In this document: positions 56,160-64,000 of the stretch, piece by piece
Numbering within the stretch: position 1 is the first letter of the stretch
Layout: each line of letters begins with the position of its first letter
Assembly (NCBI GenBank): GCA_029287575.1
Contig: JARFQW010000188.1
Location: forward strand, 19,365-83,364
Reading direction: 5' to 3'
Source of the DNA: Gammaproteobacteria bacterium
GTDB taxonomy: Bacteria; Pseudomonadota; Gammaproteobacteria; Steroidobacterales; XN24
DNA length: 64,000 nt
Notes under the pieces: model-generated
Told to the model about the DNA's origin: nothing
Databases searched by the model: none
Seen by the model: the letters and a program-made list of their open reading frames with translations, nothing else
Made by a program: the position numbers and the translations under genes

Positions 56160-58205
56160 ATGAATCCCACCCGCCATATCCTGGTAACCAGCGCTCTTCC
56201 CTACGCCAATGGCGCGCTCCACCTGGGCCACCTCCTCGAGGCCATCCAGACCGACATCTGGGTCCGGTTTCAGAAGATGCGCGGCCACCGCTGTACCTAC
56301 GTCTGCGCCAGCGATGCTCACGGCACGCCCATCATGCTGCGTGCTCGCAAGGACGGCATCTCGCCGGAGGCCCTGATCGAGGCCATGAGCCGTGAGTTCG
56401 AGCGGGACTACGCGGATTTCCTGGTCCGCTTCGACAACTTCCACACCACGCACTCGACCGAGAACAAGACCCTCGTGGAAGGCATTTTCTCTGCCCTGGA
56501 TACGGCGGGTCACATCCAGGCCCGAACGATCCGCCAGGCCTACGACACCCAGGAGCAGATGTTCCTGCCGGACCGTTTCGTGCGCGGCGAATGCCCGGTC
56601 TGCGGAACGGCCGACCAGTACGGCGACAGCTGCGAAGCCTGTGGGTCCACCTACTCGCCCGCGGATCTCATCAATGCGAGATCCGCCCTGTCCGGCACGC
56701 CACCGGTGGAGCGGGACTCCGAGCATCTGTTTTTCCGCCTCGGCCAGTTCGACGCCATGCTGCGGGAGTGGGCGGATTCGGGCACGCTGGACGACGGCGT
56801 CCGGCGGAAGCTCAACGAATGGTTCGAGGCCGGGCTGCAGGACTGGGACATCACCCGCGACGCACCGTATTTTGGCTTCGAGGTGCCCGGTCATCCCGGC
56901 AAGTTTTTCTATGTCTGGCTGGACGCGCCAGTCGGCTACATGGCCAGTTTTCTTCAGCTCTGCGAACGCCATCCGGAGCTGGACTTCGACGCCTACTGGC
57001 GGCGCGGCTCGGAGACCGAGCTGTACCACTTCATCGGCAAGGACATCATGTATTTTCATGCGCTGTTCTGGCCGGCGGTTCTCCATGGTGCGGGCTATCG
57101 GGTTCCCGATGCGGTGTTCGCCCACGGCATGCTCAACGTGAACGGCGAGAAGATGTCGAAATCCCGCGGCACGTTCATCAAGGCGCGAACCTATCTGGAG
57201 CACCTGGACCCGGAGTATCTGCGCTACTACTTCGCCAGCAAGCTGGGCCCGGGGGTCGACGACATCGACCTGAGCCTCGACGACTTCATCCAGAAAGTGA
57301 ACTCGGACCTGGTGGGCAAGCTGGTCAACATCGCCAGCCGCTGTGCGGGCTTTGTCCATCGCCTCGCCGACGGGCGGCTCGCGGCGGATCTGGCGGAACC
57401 CGCCCTGCACGCAGCGATTGCCGATGCGGTCGGTCCGCTGGCGGAGGCCTACGAGGGCCGGCGGTACGGGCACGCCATGCGGGAAATCATGGCGCTCGCC
57501 GATCAGGCCAACCAGTACATCGATCTGCACAAACCCTGGAAGCTGGCGAAGGAGCCCGGCAACGAGGCGACCGTCCAGGCGGTGTGCACCCAGGGCCTGA
57601 ACGCTTTCCGCAGCCTGACCGCATATCTCAAACCGGTATTGCCGGGGCTCGCGGCGCGGGCCGAAGCGTTCCTGCAGATTCCGGAACTGACCTGGGAAGA
57701 CGCCGGGCGGCCGCTTCTGGACCACCGGATCGGCGCCTTCAAACCGCTCCTGCAGCGGGTCGATCCAAAAACCGTCGCGGCCATGCTGGACGACTCCCGT
57801 GAGAACGTGTCCAAGGCGGCGGCGCCAGAGCCCGCCGCCGCGCCCGGGACCGGTGACACGGAGACGGAAACCGCCCAGATCACGATTGATGACTTTCTCA
57901 GGGTCGATCTGCGGGTGGCGAGAATCGTCAGCGCCGAGCGGGTCGATGGCGCCGACAAGCTGCTGCGTCTGGAACTGGACGTCGGTTCGGGGGACGCGGA
58001 GCGCACCGTATTCTCGGGCATCCGGTCGGCCTATGAGCCCGACGCCCTGACCGGGCGGCTCACCGTGGTGGTCGCGAACCTCAGGCCCCGGAAGATGCGT
58101 TTCGGCGTATCCGAGGGCATGGTTCTGGCCGCGGGCCCGGGCGGGCGGGACATCTTTCTCCTGGCCCCCGATTCCGGGGCCACACCGGGAATGCGAGTGA
58201 CCTGA
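56160..58205 (+). CDS. metG: methionine--tRNA ligase MetG
   Basis: [16 protein letters not shown] (HIGH), a zinc knuckle CPVCG...[13 protein letters not shown], and a C-terminal tRNA-binding (EMAP-like) domain. Confidence 0.97.
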   Translation: MNPTRHILVTSALPYANGALHLGHLLEAIQTDIWVRFQKMRGHRCTYVCASDAHGTPIMLRARKDGISPEALIEAMSREFERDYADFLVRFDNFHTTHSTENKTLVEGIFSALDTAGHIQARTIRQAYDTQEQMFLPDRFVRGECPVCGTADQYGDSCEACGSTYSPADLINARSALSGTPPVERDSEHLFFRLGQFDAMLREWADSGTLDDGVRRKLNEWFEAGLQDWDITRDAPYFGFEVPGHPGKFFYVWLDAPVGYMASFLQLCERHPELDFDAYWRRGSETELYHFIGKDIMYFHALFWPAVLHGAGYRVPDAVFAHGMLNVNGEKMSKSRGTFIKARTYLEHLDPEYLRYYFASKLGPGVDDIDLSLDDFIQKVNSDLVGKLVNIASRCAGFVHRLADGRLAADLAEPALHAAIADAVGPLAEAYEGRRYGHAMREIMALADQANQYIDLHKPWKLAKEPGNEATVQAVCTQGLNAFRSLTAYLKPVLPGLAARAEAFLQIPELTWEDAGRPLLDHRIGAFKPLLQRVDPKTVAAMLDDSRENVSKAAAPEPAAAPGTGDTETETAQITIDDFLRVDLRVARIVSAERVDGADKLLRLELDVGSGDAERTVFSGIRSAYEPDALTGRLTVVVANLRPRKMRFGVSEGMVLAAGPGGRDIFLLAPDSGATPGMRVT

Positions 58206-58317
58206 GGGCCGCGCTCCGGGCCGCCCGGGCACTCGCCTTCTGGTATTCTTGGACCCTTCCGCGGCCTCTCCCCGGCGGGAGAGGTTTCCACCCGATTAAA
58301 GGCGTAAAACGGCCACC

Positions 58318-58899
58318 ATGACCGAACTCGCCCTGATTCTTGTCAGCACCGTCCTCGTCAATAACTTCGTGCTCGTGAAGTTTCTCGGGCTGTGCCCGTT
58401 CATGGGCGTCTCCAGGAAGCTGGAGACGGCTACCGGCATGGCCCTGGCAACGACCTTCGTGCTCACGCTGTCCTCCGCGCTCAGCTATCTGGTCAATACC
58501 GCCCTGCTGGCGCCCCTCGGGCTCGAGTATCTGCGCACCATTGCCTTCATCCTCGTGATTGCCGGCGTGGTGCAGTTCACGGAGATGGTCGTCCGTCAGG
58601 CGAGCCCCCTGCTCTACCAGGTTCTCGGCATTTACCTGCCGCTGATCACGACCAACTGCGCGGTGCTGGGCGTGGCCTTGCTCAACGTGCAGGAGAGCCA
58701 CGGCTTTCTCGAGTCCCTCGTCTACGGGTTCGGCGCCGCGGTCGGGTTCTCCGTCGTCATGATTCTCTTCGCCGGCATTCGCGAGCGGGTCGCCGCGGCC
58801 GACGTGCCCGTGCCCTTCCAGGGGGCCGCCATCGCCCTCATCACCGCCGGCCTGATGTCCCTCGCCTTCATGGGCTTCGCCGGCCTGGTCAAGGGCTGA
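58318..58899 (+). CDS. rnfA: electron transport complex subunit RnfA/RsxA
   Basis: [21 protein letters not shown]...; 193 aa, 6 TM helices, first gene of an rnfABCDGE array. Confidence 0.9.
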   Translation: MTELALILVSTVLVNNFVLVKFLGLCPFMGVSRKLETATGMALATTFVLTLSSALSYLVNTALLAPLGLEYLRTIAFILVIAGVVQFTEMVVRQASPLLYQVLGIYLPLITTNCAVLGVALLNVQESHGFLESLVYGFGAAVGFSVVMILFAGIRERVAAADVPVPFQGAAIALITAGLMSLAFMGFAGLVKG

Positions 58900-58901
58900 T
58901 C

Positions 58902-59456
58902 ATGCTAATCGCAGTACTGGCGGTCGCGGGTCTCGCGACGGTTCTGGGCTTGGCGCTGGGCTACGCCGCCGTGCGTTTCCGGGTCGATTCCGACCCGGTA
59001 GTGGACCAGATCGACGCGCTGCTGCCGCAGACCCAGTGCGGCCAATGCACCTATGCGGGCTGCCGCCCCTATGCCGAAGCCATTGCCGGCGGTGATGCGG
59101 AAATCAATCAATGCCCGCCGGGCGGCGAAACCACCATCCGGGCGCTGGCCGACCTGCTCGACCGGGACTTCAAGCCGCTCAATCCGGAGCACGGCACCGA
59201 GAAGCCGCCCGCCCTGGCGGTGATCGACGAAGACACCTGTATCGGCTGCACCCTGTGCATTCAGGCCTGCCCGGTGGATGCCATTCTGGGTGCCGGCAAG
59301 CAGATGCATACCGTGATCGCCGCCGAGTGCACCGGCTGCGAGCTGTGTCTGCCGCCCTGCCCGGTGGACTGCATCATCATGGAACCGGTGCCCACAACGC
59401 TGGAAACCTGGAAATGGCCGAAGCCGCTCGCAAGGGCCGTGGGGGACGAACGTTGA
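58902..59456 (+). CDS. rnfB: electron transport complex subunit RnfB
   Basis: An N-terminal TM helix, [21 protein letters not shown], and two 4Fe-4S ferredoxin motifs ([24 protein letters not shown]). Start at ATG 58902. Confidence 0.85.
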   Translation: MLIAVLAVAGLATVLGLALGYAAVRFRVDSDPVVDQIDALLPQTQCGQCTYAGCRPYAEAIAGGDAEINQCPPGGETTIRALADLLDRDFKPLNPEHGTEKPPALAVIDEDTCIGCTLCIQACPVDAILGAGKQMHTVIAAECTGCELCLPPCPVDCIIMEPVPTTLETWKWPKPLARAVGDER

Positions 59457-61003
59457 GCGCTGCCCGCTTGTTCAAGTTTCACGGCGGGGTTCACCTGGAG
59501 GGCCACAAGGATATCGCCACCGCCAGGCCTATCCAGGTCGCCGGCGTACCCTCCCGCCTTGTGCTGCCGCTGAACCAGCATGTCGGCGGCCCGGCCGAAG
59601 CCCTCGTCGCCGAGGGTGACAAAGTGCTTCGGGGTCAGCCGATCGGCCGGCCGACCGGCTACGTGGGGGCGGGAGTCCACGCCTCCAGTTCCGGAACCGT
59701 CATCGCGATCAGGGATCATCCGGTGCCGCATCCCAGTGGTCTGACAGCGCCCTGCGTCGTCATACAGACCGATGGAGAGGACCGGTCCTGGGACGGCTAC
59801 GACCCGCTCAGCAACTACCGCACCCTGAACGGGCCCGCGCTGCGCGCCCGGGTCCGGGAGGCCGGTCTGGTCGGCCTCGGCGGAGCCGCATTCCCTACCG
59901 CGGTCAAGCTATCGGCGGGCTCCGGGCTGAAGGCACTGATCCTCAACGGCGCGGAGTGCGAGCCCTACATCTGCTGCGACGACATGCTGCTGCGCGAACG
60001 CGCATCGGAGGTCATCGCGGGTGCCCAGGCCCTGCTCCACGCGCTGGAGATCGAGCGCTGCGTGATCGCCATCGAGGACGACAAGCCCGAGGCGCTCACC
60101 GCCCTGAACGCCGCGCTGGAGCAAGAGGCAGACCCGCGGCTGCGGGTCGTCGTCGTGCCCTGTCTGTATCCGGAAGGCGGAGAGAAGCAGCTCATCCAGG
60201 TGCTCACCGGAGAGGAAGTGCCCGCCAGCGGGGTCCCTCCAGATATCGGCTATCTGGTGCACAACGTCGGCACGGCGGCCGCGGTGGCCAGGGCTGTGCT
60301 TCAGGGCGAACCGCTGATCTCCAGGATCGTTACGGTCACCGGCAGCGGCGTGGCGCGGCCCGGTAACGTGGAGGTCCGTCTCGGCACACCGGTGGCCGAC
60401 GTCATCGATGCCTGCGGCGGGTATACCGAAGATGCGCGCCACCTCATCATGGGCGGCGGGATGATGGGCTTTCCGCTTGCCTCGGCGGAGGTACCGGTCA
60501 TCAAGGCGACCAATTGCCTGCTGATCGCCACGGAGGCGGACATTCGTCCCCGCCAGCCGGCGCTGCCGTGTATCCGCTGCGGGGAATGCGCGGTTGCCTG
60601 CCCGGCTCACCTCCTGCCCCAGCAGCTGTACTGGCACGCCCGATCGGAAAATTTGGACGCCGCCACGGAAACCGGCCTGTTTGACTGCATCGAATGCGGA
60701 AGCTGTGACGTGGTCTGTCCCAGCAACATTCCCCTGACCAGCTATTTCCGGTTCGCCAAGGCCGAGGTGTTCGCCCGGGAGCGCGAGCGCGTCAGCTCCG
60801 ACCTGGCCCGGGAGCGATTTGAGGCTCGCGAGCAGCGCCTGGCCGCGGAGGCCGAGGCGAAACGCGCGAAAACCGAAGCGCGCAAGAAGGCCCTGAAGAA
60901 GGCCGGCGAGGACAGCAGCACCCGCAAGGCCATGATCGACGACGTGGTCGCGCGGTCAAAGGCAAGAAAAGCCGACGCTTCCGGGGATAAGGGATCCAGC
61001 TGA
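59453..61003 (+). CDS. rnfC: electron transport complex subunit RnfC
   Basis: [14 protein letters not shown]..., [21 protein letters not shown] and [12 protein letters not shown], with a Lys/Ala-rich tail. I propose a TTG start at 59453 overlapping the rnfB stop as TTGA. Confidence 0.85.
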   Translation: MSAARLFKFHGGVHLEGHKDIATARPIQVAGVPSRLVLPLNQHVGGPAEALVAEGDKVLRGQPIGRPTGYVGAGVHASSSGTVIAIRDHPVPHPSGLTAPCVVIQTDGEDRSWDGYDPLSNYRTLNGPALRARVREAGLVGLGGAAFPTAVKLSAGSGLKALILNGAECEPYICCDDMLLRERASEVIAGAQALLHALEIERCVIAIEDDKPEALTALNAALEQEADPRLRVVVVPCLYPEGGEKQLIQVLTGEEVPASGVPPDIGYLVHNVGTAAAVARAVLQGEPLISRIVTVTGSGVARPGNVEVRLGTPVADVIDACGGYTEDARHLIMGGGMMGFPLASAEVPVIKATNCLLIATEADIRPRQPALPCIRCGECAVACPAHLLPQQLYWHARSENLDAATETGLFDCIECGSCDVVCPSNIPLTSYFRFAKAEVFARERERVSSDLARERFEAREQRLAAEAEAKRAKTEARKKALKKAGEDSSTRKAMIDDVVARSKARKADASGDKGSS

Positions 61004-62040
61004 TGGCGTTGCCGGCGACCCACCCGCCCCACGTAAGGCCGAAAACCAGCGTCACACGCGTCATGGGCGAGGTGGTCGCGGCGCTCATCCCGGCGACGGC
61101 GGTCTATGTCTGGTTCTTCGGACCGGGGCTGCTGCTGAACATGGCGGTCGCCGTGGCGGTGGCGGTGGCGTCGGAAATTGCCGTCCTGCGCCTGCGGGGC
61201 CGTGATGCCGGCGCCAGCCTGAAGGACCTGTCAGCGGTCGTGACAGCGGTGCTCCTGGCCTTCGCCCTGCCACCGCTGACCCCCTGGTACGTGACGGCCA
61301 TCGGCAGCCTGTTCGCCATCGTCTTCGCCAAACAGCTCTACGGCGGTCTGGGCTACAACCCGTTCAACCCGGCCATGGCGGGCTACGTGGTTCTGCTGAT
61401 TTCGTTCCCGGCGGAACTGACCCGCTGGCTTCCGGCGGTGCACGCGGGCCTGGAGAGCGGCTACGTGGACTTCGGGACGACGCTGGCCTACTTCGTCTCC
61501 GGCGCCCTGCCGGCGGGTGTCAGCTGGGACGCCATCGGCGGGGCCACACCGCTGGACGACCTCAAGACCCGACTGTCCGTGGCCGAAACAATCAGCGAGA
61601 TACGAGCCGCGCCCCTCTACGGAGACTTTGGCGGCAAGGGCTGGGAATGGGTCAGCAACGCCGTCGCGCTCGGCGGCGTCTGGCTGCTTTTCCGGAAGGT
61701 CATTCGCTGGCACATCCCGGTCGGCGTGCTGGCCGGACTCACCTTCCCGGCCACCGTCGCGTATCTCCTGGATCCCGGTTCCCATCCGTCACCGGGCTTT
61801 CACCTCTTCAGCGGCGCCACCATGCTCGCGGCCTTCTTTATCGCCACCGATCCGGTGTCCGCGGCGACCAGCCCCCTCGGACGCTTGATCTATGGCTTCG
61901 GCATCGGCCTTTTGACCTTTGTGATCCGCTCCTGGGGCGGCTATCCCGATGGTGTCGCGTTCGCGGTGCTGCTGATGAACATGGCGGTGCCGACTATCGA
62001 CCGCTACACCCGACCCCGGATCTTCGGTCATGTCAGCTGA
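61003..62040 (+). CDS. rnfD: electron transport complex subunit RnfD
   Basis: Polytopic membrane protein with ...GGATPLD... and the FMN-attachment region ...FIATDPVSAATS. Its ATG overlaps the rnfC stop. Confidence 0.9.
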   Translation: MALPATHPPHVRPKTSVTRVMGEVVAALIPATAVYVWFFGPGLLLNMAVAVAVAVASEIAVLRLRGRDAGASLKDLSAVVTAVLLAFALPPLTPWYVTAIGSLFAIVFAKQLYGGLGYNPFNPAMAGYVVLLISFPAELTRWLPAVHAGLESGYVDFGTTLAYFVSGALPAGVSWDAIGGATPLDDLKTRLSVAETISEIRAAPLYGDFGGKGWEWVSNAVALGGVWLLFRKVIRWHIPVGVLAGLTFPATVAYLLDPGSHPSPGFHLFSGATMLAAFFIATDPVSAATSPLGRLIYGFGIGLLTFVIRSWGGYPDGVAFAVLLMNMAVPTIDRYTRPRIFGHVS

Positions 62041-62683
62041 CTCTCCGGGCCTTGCCCGGAACATGGGGCTGGCCACGGCCCTGCTGGCCGGTTTCTCTAT
62101 CTTTGGCGTTGCCCTGGTGGCAGTCACCGAACAGGTCACCCGAGAACGCATCGCGGCCAATGAGCGTGCTTACACCCTGAGGTCCCTGGACGAAATTCTG
62201 CCGCCGGAGTCGCGCAACAACGAGATGTTCACGGACACGATCACCGTCACTGATCCGGAACTGCTCGGGAGCGACCAGCCCGTTACGGTATACCGGGCCC
62301 GTCTCGACGGCCGGCCGGTGGCTGCCATTCTGCGGATCACCACACCGAACGGGTACTCCGGACCCATTCGCCTCCTGGTCGGTATTTTCGACGACGGCCG
62401 CGTGGCCGGCGTTCGCGTGGTCGGCCATCGCGAAACGCCGGGGCTGGGAGACGCCATCGAATCGGATCGCTCCGACTGGATCCTCGACTTCGCCGGCCGG
62501 TCCCTGGGCGATCCGCCGGAAGCGGGCTGGTCAGTCAAGCGCGACGGCGGCGTGTTCGACCAGTTCACCGGCGCCACGATCACGCCCCGGGCGGTCACGC
62601 GGGCGGTGCGGGATGCCTTGATATACTTCCGGACGCATCGCGACGACCTGTTTGCAGCCCCGCCCGAGGAACATGAGCCGTGA
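62030..62683 (+). CDS. rnfG: electron transport complex subunit RnfG
   Basis: An N-terminal TM helix, then the FMN-binding domain ...HRETPGLGD... and ..[13 protein letters not shown] (flavinylated Thr context). Confidence 0.8.
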   Translation: MSADSPGLARNMGLATALLAGFSIFGVALVAVTEQVTRERIAANERAYTLRSLDEILPPESRNNEMFTDTITVTDPELLGSDQPVTVYRARLDGRPVAAILRITTPNGYSGPIRLLVGIFDDGRVAGVRVVGHRETPGLGDAIESDRSDWILDFAGRSLGDPPEAGWSVKRDGGVFDQFTGATITPRAVTRAVRDALIYFRTHRDDLFAAPPEEHEP

Positions 62684-63357
62684 GTGTCAGCAATCGGGAC
62701 GTCATGCTCGACGGCCTCTGGAAAAACAATCCGGGACTGGTCCAGCTACTCGGCCTGTGCCCGTTGCTGGCGGTCACCGGCACGTTCATCAACGGCCTCG
62801 GGCTGGGCATCGCCACGACCCTCGTGCTGATCGGCTCCAACCTGGTCGTCTCTGTCATCCGCAACGTCGTCCGTCCGGAAATCCGGATACCGATTTTCGT
62901 ACTCGTGATTGCTTCCCTGGTAACCGCCGTCGAACTTGGCATGCAGGCCTGGTTTCACGATCTCTACCGGATGCTGGGCATTTTCATCCCGCTGATCGTT
63001 ACCAACTGCGCCATCATCGGCCGTGCCGAGGCCTTCGCGTCCCGCGAACCACCCGGGCGGGCCGCGCTGGACGGTCTGATGATGGGACTGGGCTTTACGG
63101 GTGTCCTCGTGGTTCTCGGTGCGGCCCGGGAAATTATCGGTCACGGCACGCTCTTTGCCGGCGCGGAAATGATGTTCGGCCCGGCCGCCGCGCAGCTGGA
63201 ACTCAGTCTGCCGGGCGGCCTGCTGCTTGCCGTGCTGCCGCCCGGCGCGTTCATCGGCCTCGGCCTGCTGATTGCGGCAAAGAACGTCATCGATGCCCGG
63301 TCGACGCGCCGCGCCCGCCGTGCCGACATTCTGGCAACAGCGGAGCCTTCTGTGTGA
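62680..63357 (+). CDS. rnfE: electron transport complex subunit RnfE
   Basis: [21 protein letters not shown]... and [18 protein letters not shown]. The GTG start overlaps the rnfG stop as GTGA. Confidence 0.9.
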   Translation: MSVSNRDVMLDGLWKNNPGLVQLLGLCPLLAVTGTFINGLGLGIATTLVLIGSNLVVSVIRNVVRPEIRIPIFVLVIASLVTAVELGMQAWFHDLYRMLGIFIPLIVTNCAIIGRAEAFASREPPGRAALDGLMMGLGFTGVLVVLGAAREIIGHGTLFAGAEMMFGPAAAQLELSLPGGLLLAVLPPGAFIGLGLLIAAKNVIDARSTRRARRADILATAEPSV

Positions 63358-64000
63358 ACCGCGAGAAGCGGCGTGAGATTTTCAGCCGCCTGAAGGCCGC
63401 CAACCCGCGGCCCACCACGGAGCTGGAATACCGCTCGCCCTTCGAGCTTCTGATTGCGGTAATCCTGTCGGCGCAGGCGACTGACAAGGGCGTCAACAAG
63501 GCCACGGCGCGTCTGTTTCCGGTCGCGAATACGCCTGAAGCGATTTTTTCGCTGGGCGTGGACGGGCTCAAGTCCTACATCCGGACCATCGGCCTGTTCA
63601 ACGCAAAAGCCGAGAACATCATCAAGACCTGCGCGATACTGAACGACAAGCATGCGGGCGAGGTGCCGCGGACGCGGGCCGAACTGGAGGCCCTCCCGGG
63701 AGTGGGCCGCAAGACCGCCAACGTCATTCTGAACACCGCTTTCGGGGAACCCACGATTGCCGTCGACACGCATATCTTTCGGGTCGCGAACCGGATCGGT
63801 CTGACCCGGGGCAAGACGCCGCTGGCCGTGGAAAAAGGGCTACTGAAATCCACGCCGGCGGAGTTTCTTACCGACGCCCACCACTGGCTGATCCTCCACG
63901 GCCGCTATGTGTGCAAGGCGCGCCGGCCCGAGTGCGAGCGCTGTATCGTCGCGGACCTGTGCGAGTTTCGCGGCAAGACATCGGCGATCCCGGCCGACCT
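63354..64000 (+). CDS. nth: endonuclease III Nth (3' end runs off the window, so absent from the ORF track)
   Basis: My translation from GTG 63354 is [51 protein letters not shown]...[14 protein letters not shown]...[14 protein letters not shown]...[18 protein letters not shown]. It shows the HhH-GPD motif and a 4Fe-4S Cys cluster. It follows rnfE, as in E. coli and Pseudomonas. Confidence 0.9.
   Translation, partial: MNREKRREIFSRLKAANPRPTTELEYRSPFELLIAVILSAQATDKGVNKATARLFPVANTPEAIFSLGVDGLKSYIRTIGLFNAKAENIIKTCAILNDKHAGEVPRTRAELEALPGVGRKTANVILNTAFGEPTIAVDTHIFRVANRIGLTRGKTPLAVEKGLLKSTPAEFLTDAHHWLILHGRYVCKARRPECERCIVADLCEFRGKTSAIPAD

Noticed and set aside
56082-58232. 716-aa ORF antisense to metG
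   Set aside because: metG on the plus strand is full length with HIGH and KMSKS motifs, so this is a shadow ORF.

Overview
This is a high-GC chromosomal segment with gammaproteobacterial-type gene order; I did not compute GC. About 70 genes are densely packed and most are housekeeping. They include queG (partial), panDCB, folK-pcnB, tRNA-Glu(CUC), lptFG<>pepA-holC-valS, a MoxR/DUF58/transglutaminase triad, prfC, rimI, ilvC-pssA, proS, arsC-wrbA, hda, purMN, dcd-apbC, metG, rnfABCDGE and nth (partial). Many long antisense ORFs in the six-frame track are high-GC shadows and were rejected. Three patches look accessory. (1) ~6.6-9.2 kb, next to tRNA-Glu, is a more A/T-rich stretch. It holds a DUF4105 gene bracketed by ~85-95 bp direct repeats and a ~123 bp tandem repeat in a 480 bp non-coding gap. 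(2) ~13.5-22.2 kb holds an S8 subtilase with no signal peptide and a C-terminal membrane helix. It also holds two tandem ToxR/CadC-like membrane regulators, a secreted Ala-rich protein and an M14 carboxypeptidase with a GlyGly-CTERM-like tail. The six-frame list omits a 52-codon ORF here whose transmembrane helix matches the protease anchor at 13/13 residues, with only synonymous codon differences. I consider this the best lead in the window. (3) ~51.5-56.1 kb holds a HEAT-repeat/Hanks-kinase fusion followed closely by two PilT-family ATPases, inserted between apbC and metG. No CRISPR array, transposase, integrase or rRNA was seen. All functional calls rest on motif recognition by eye, with no database search.
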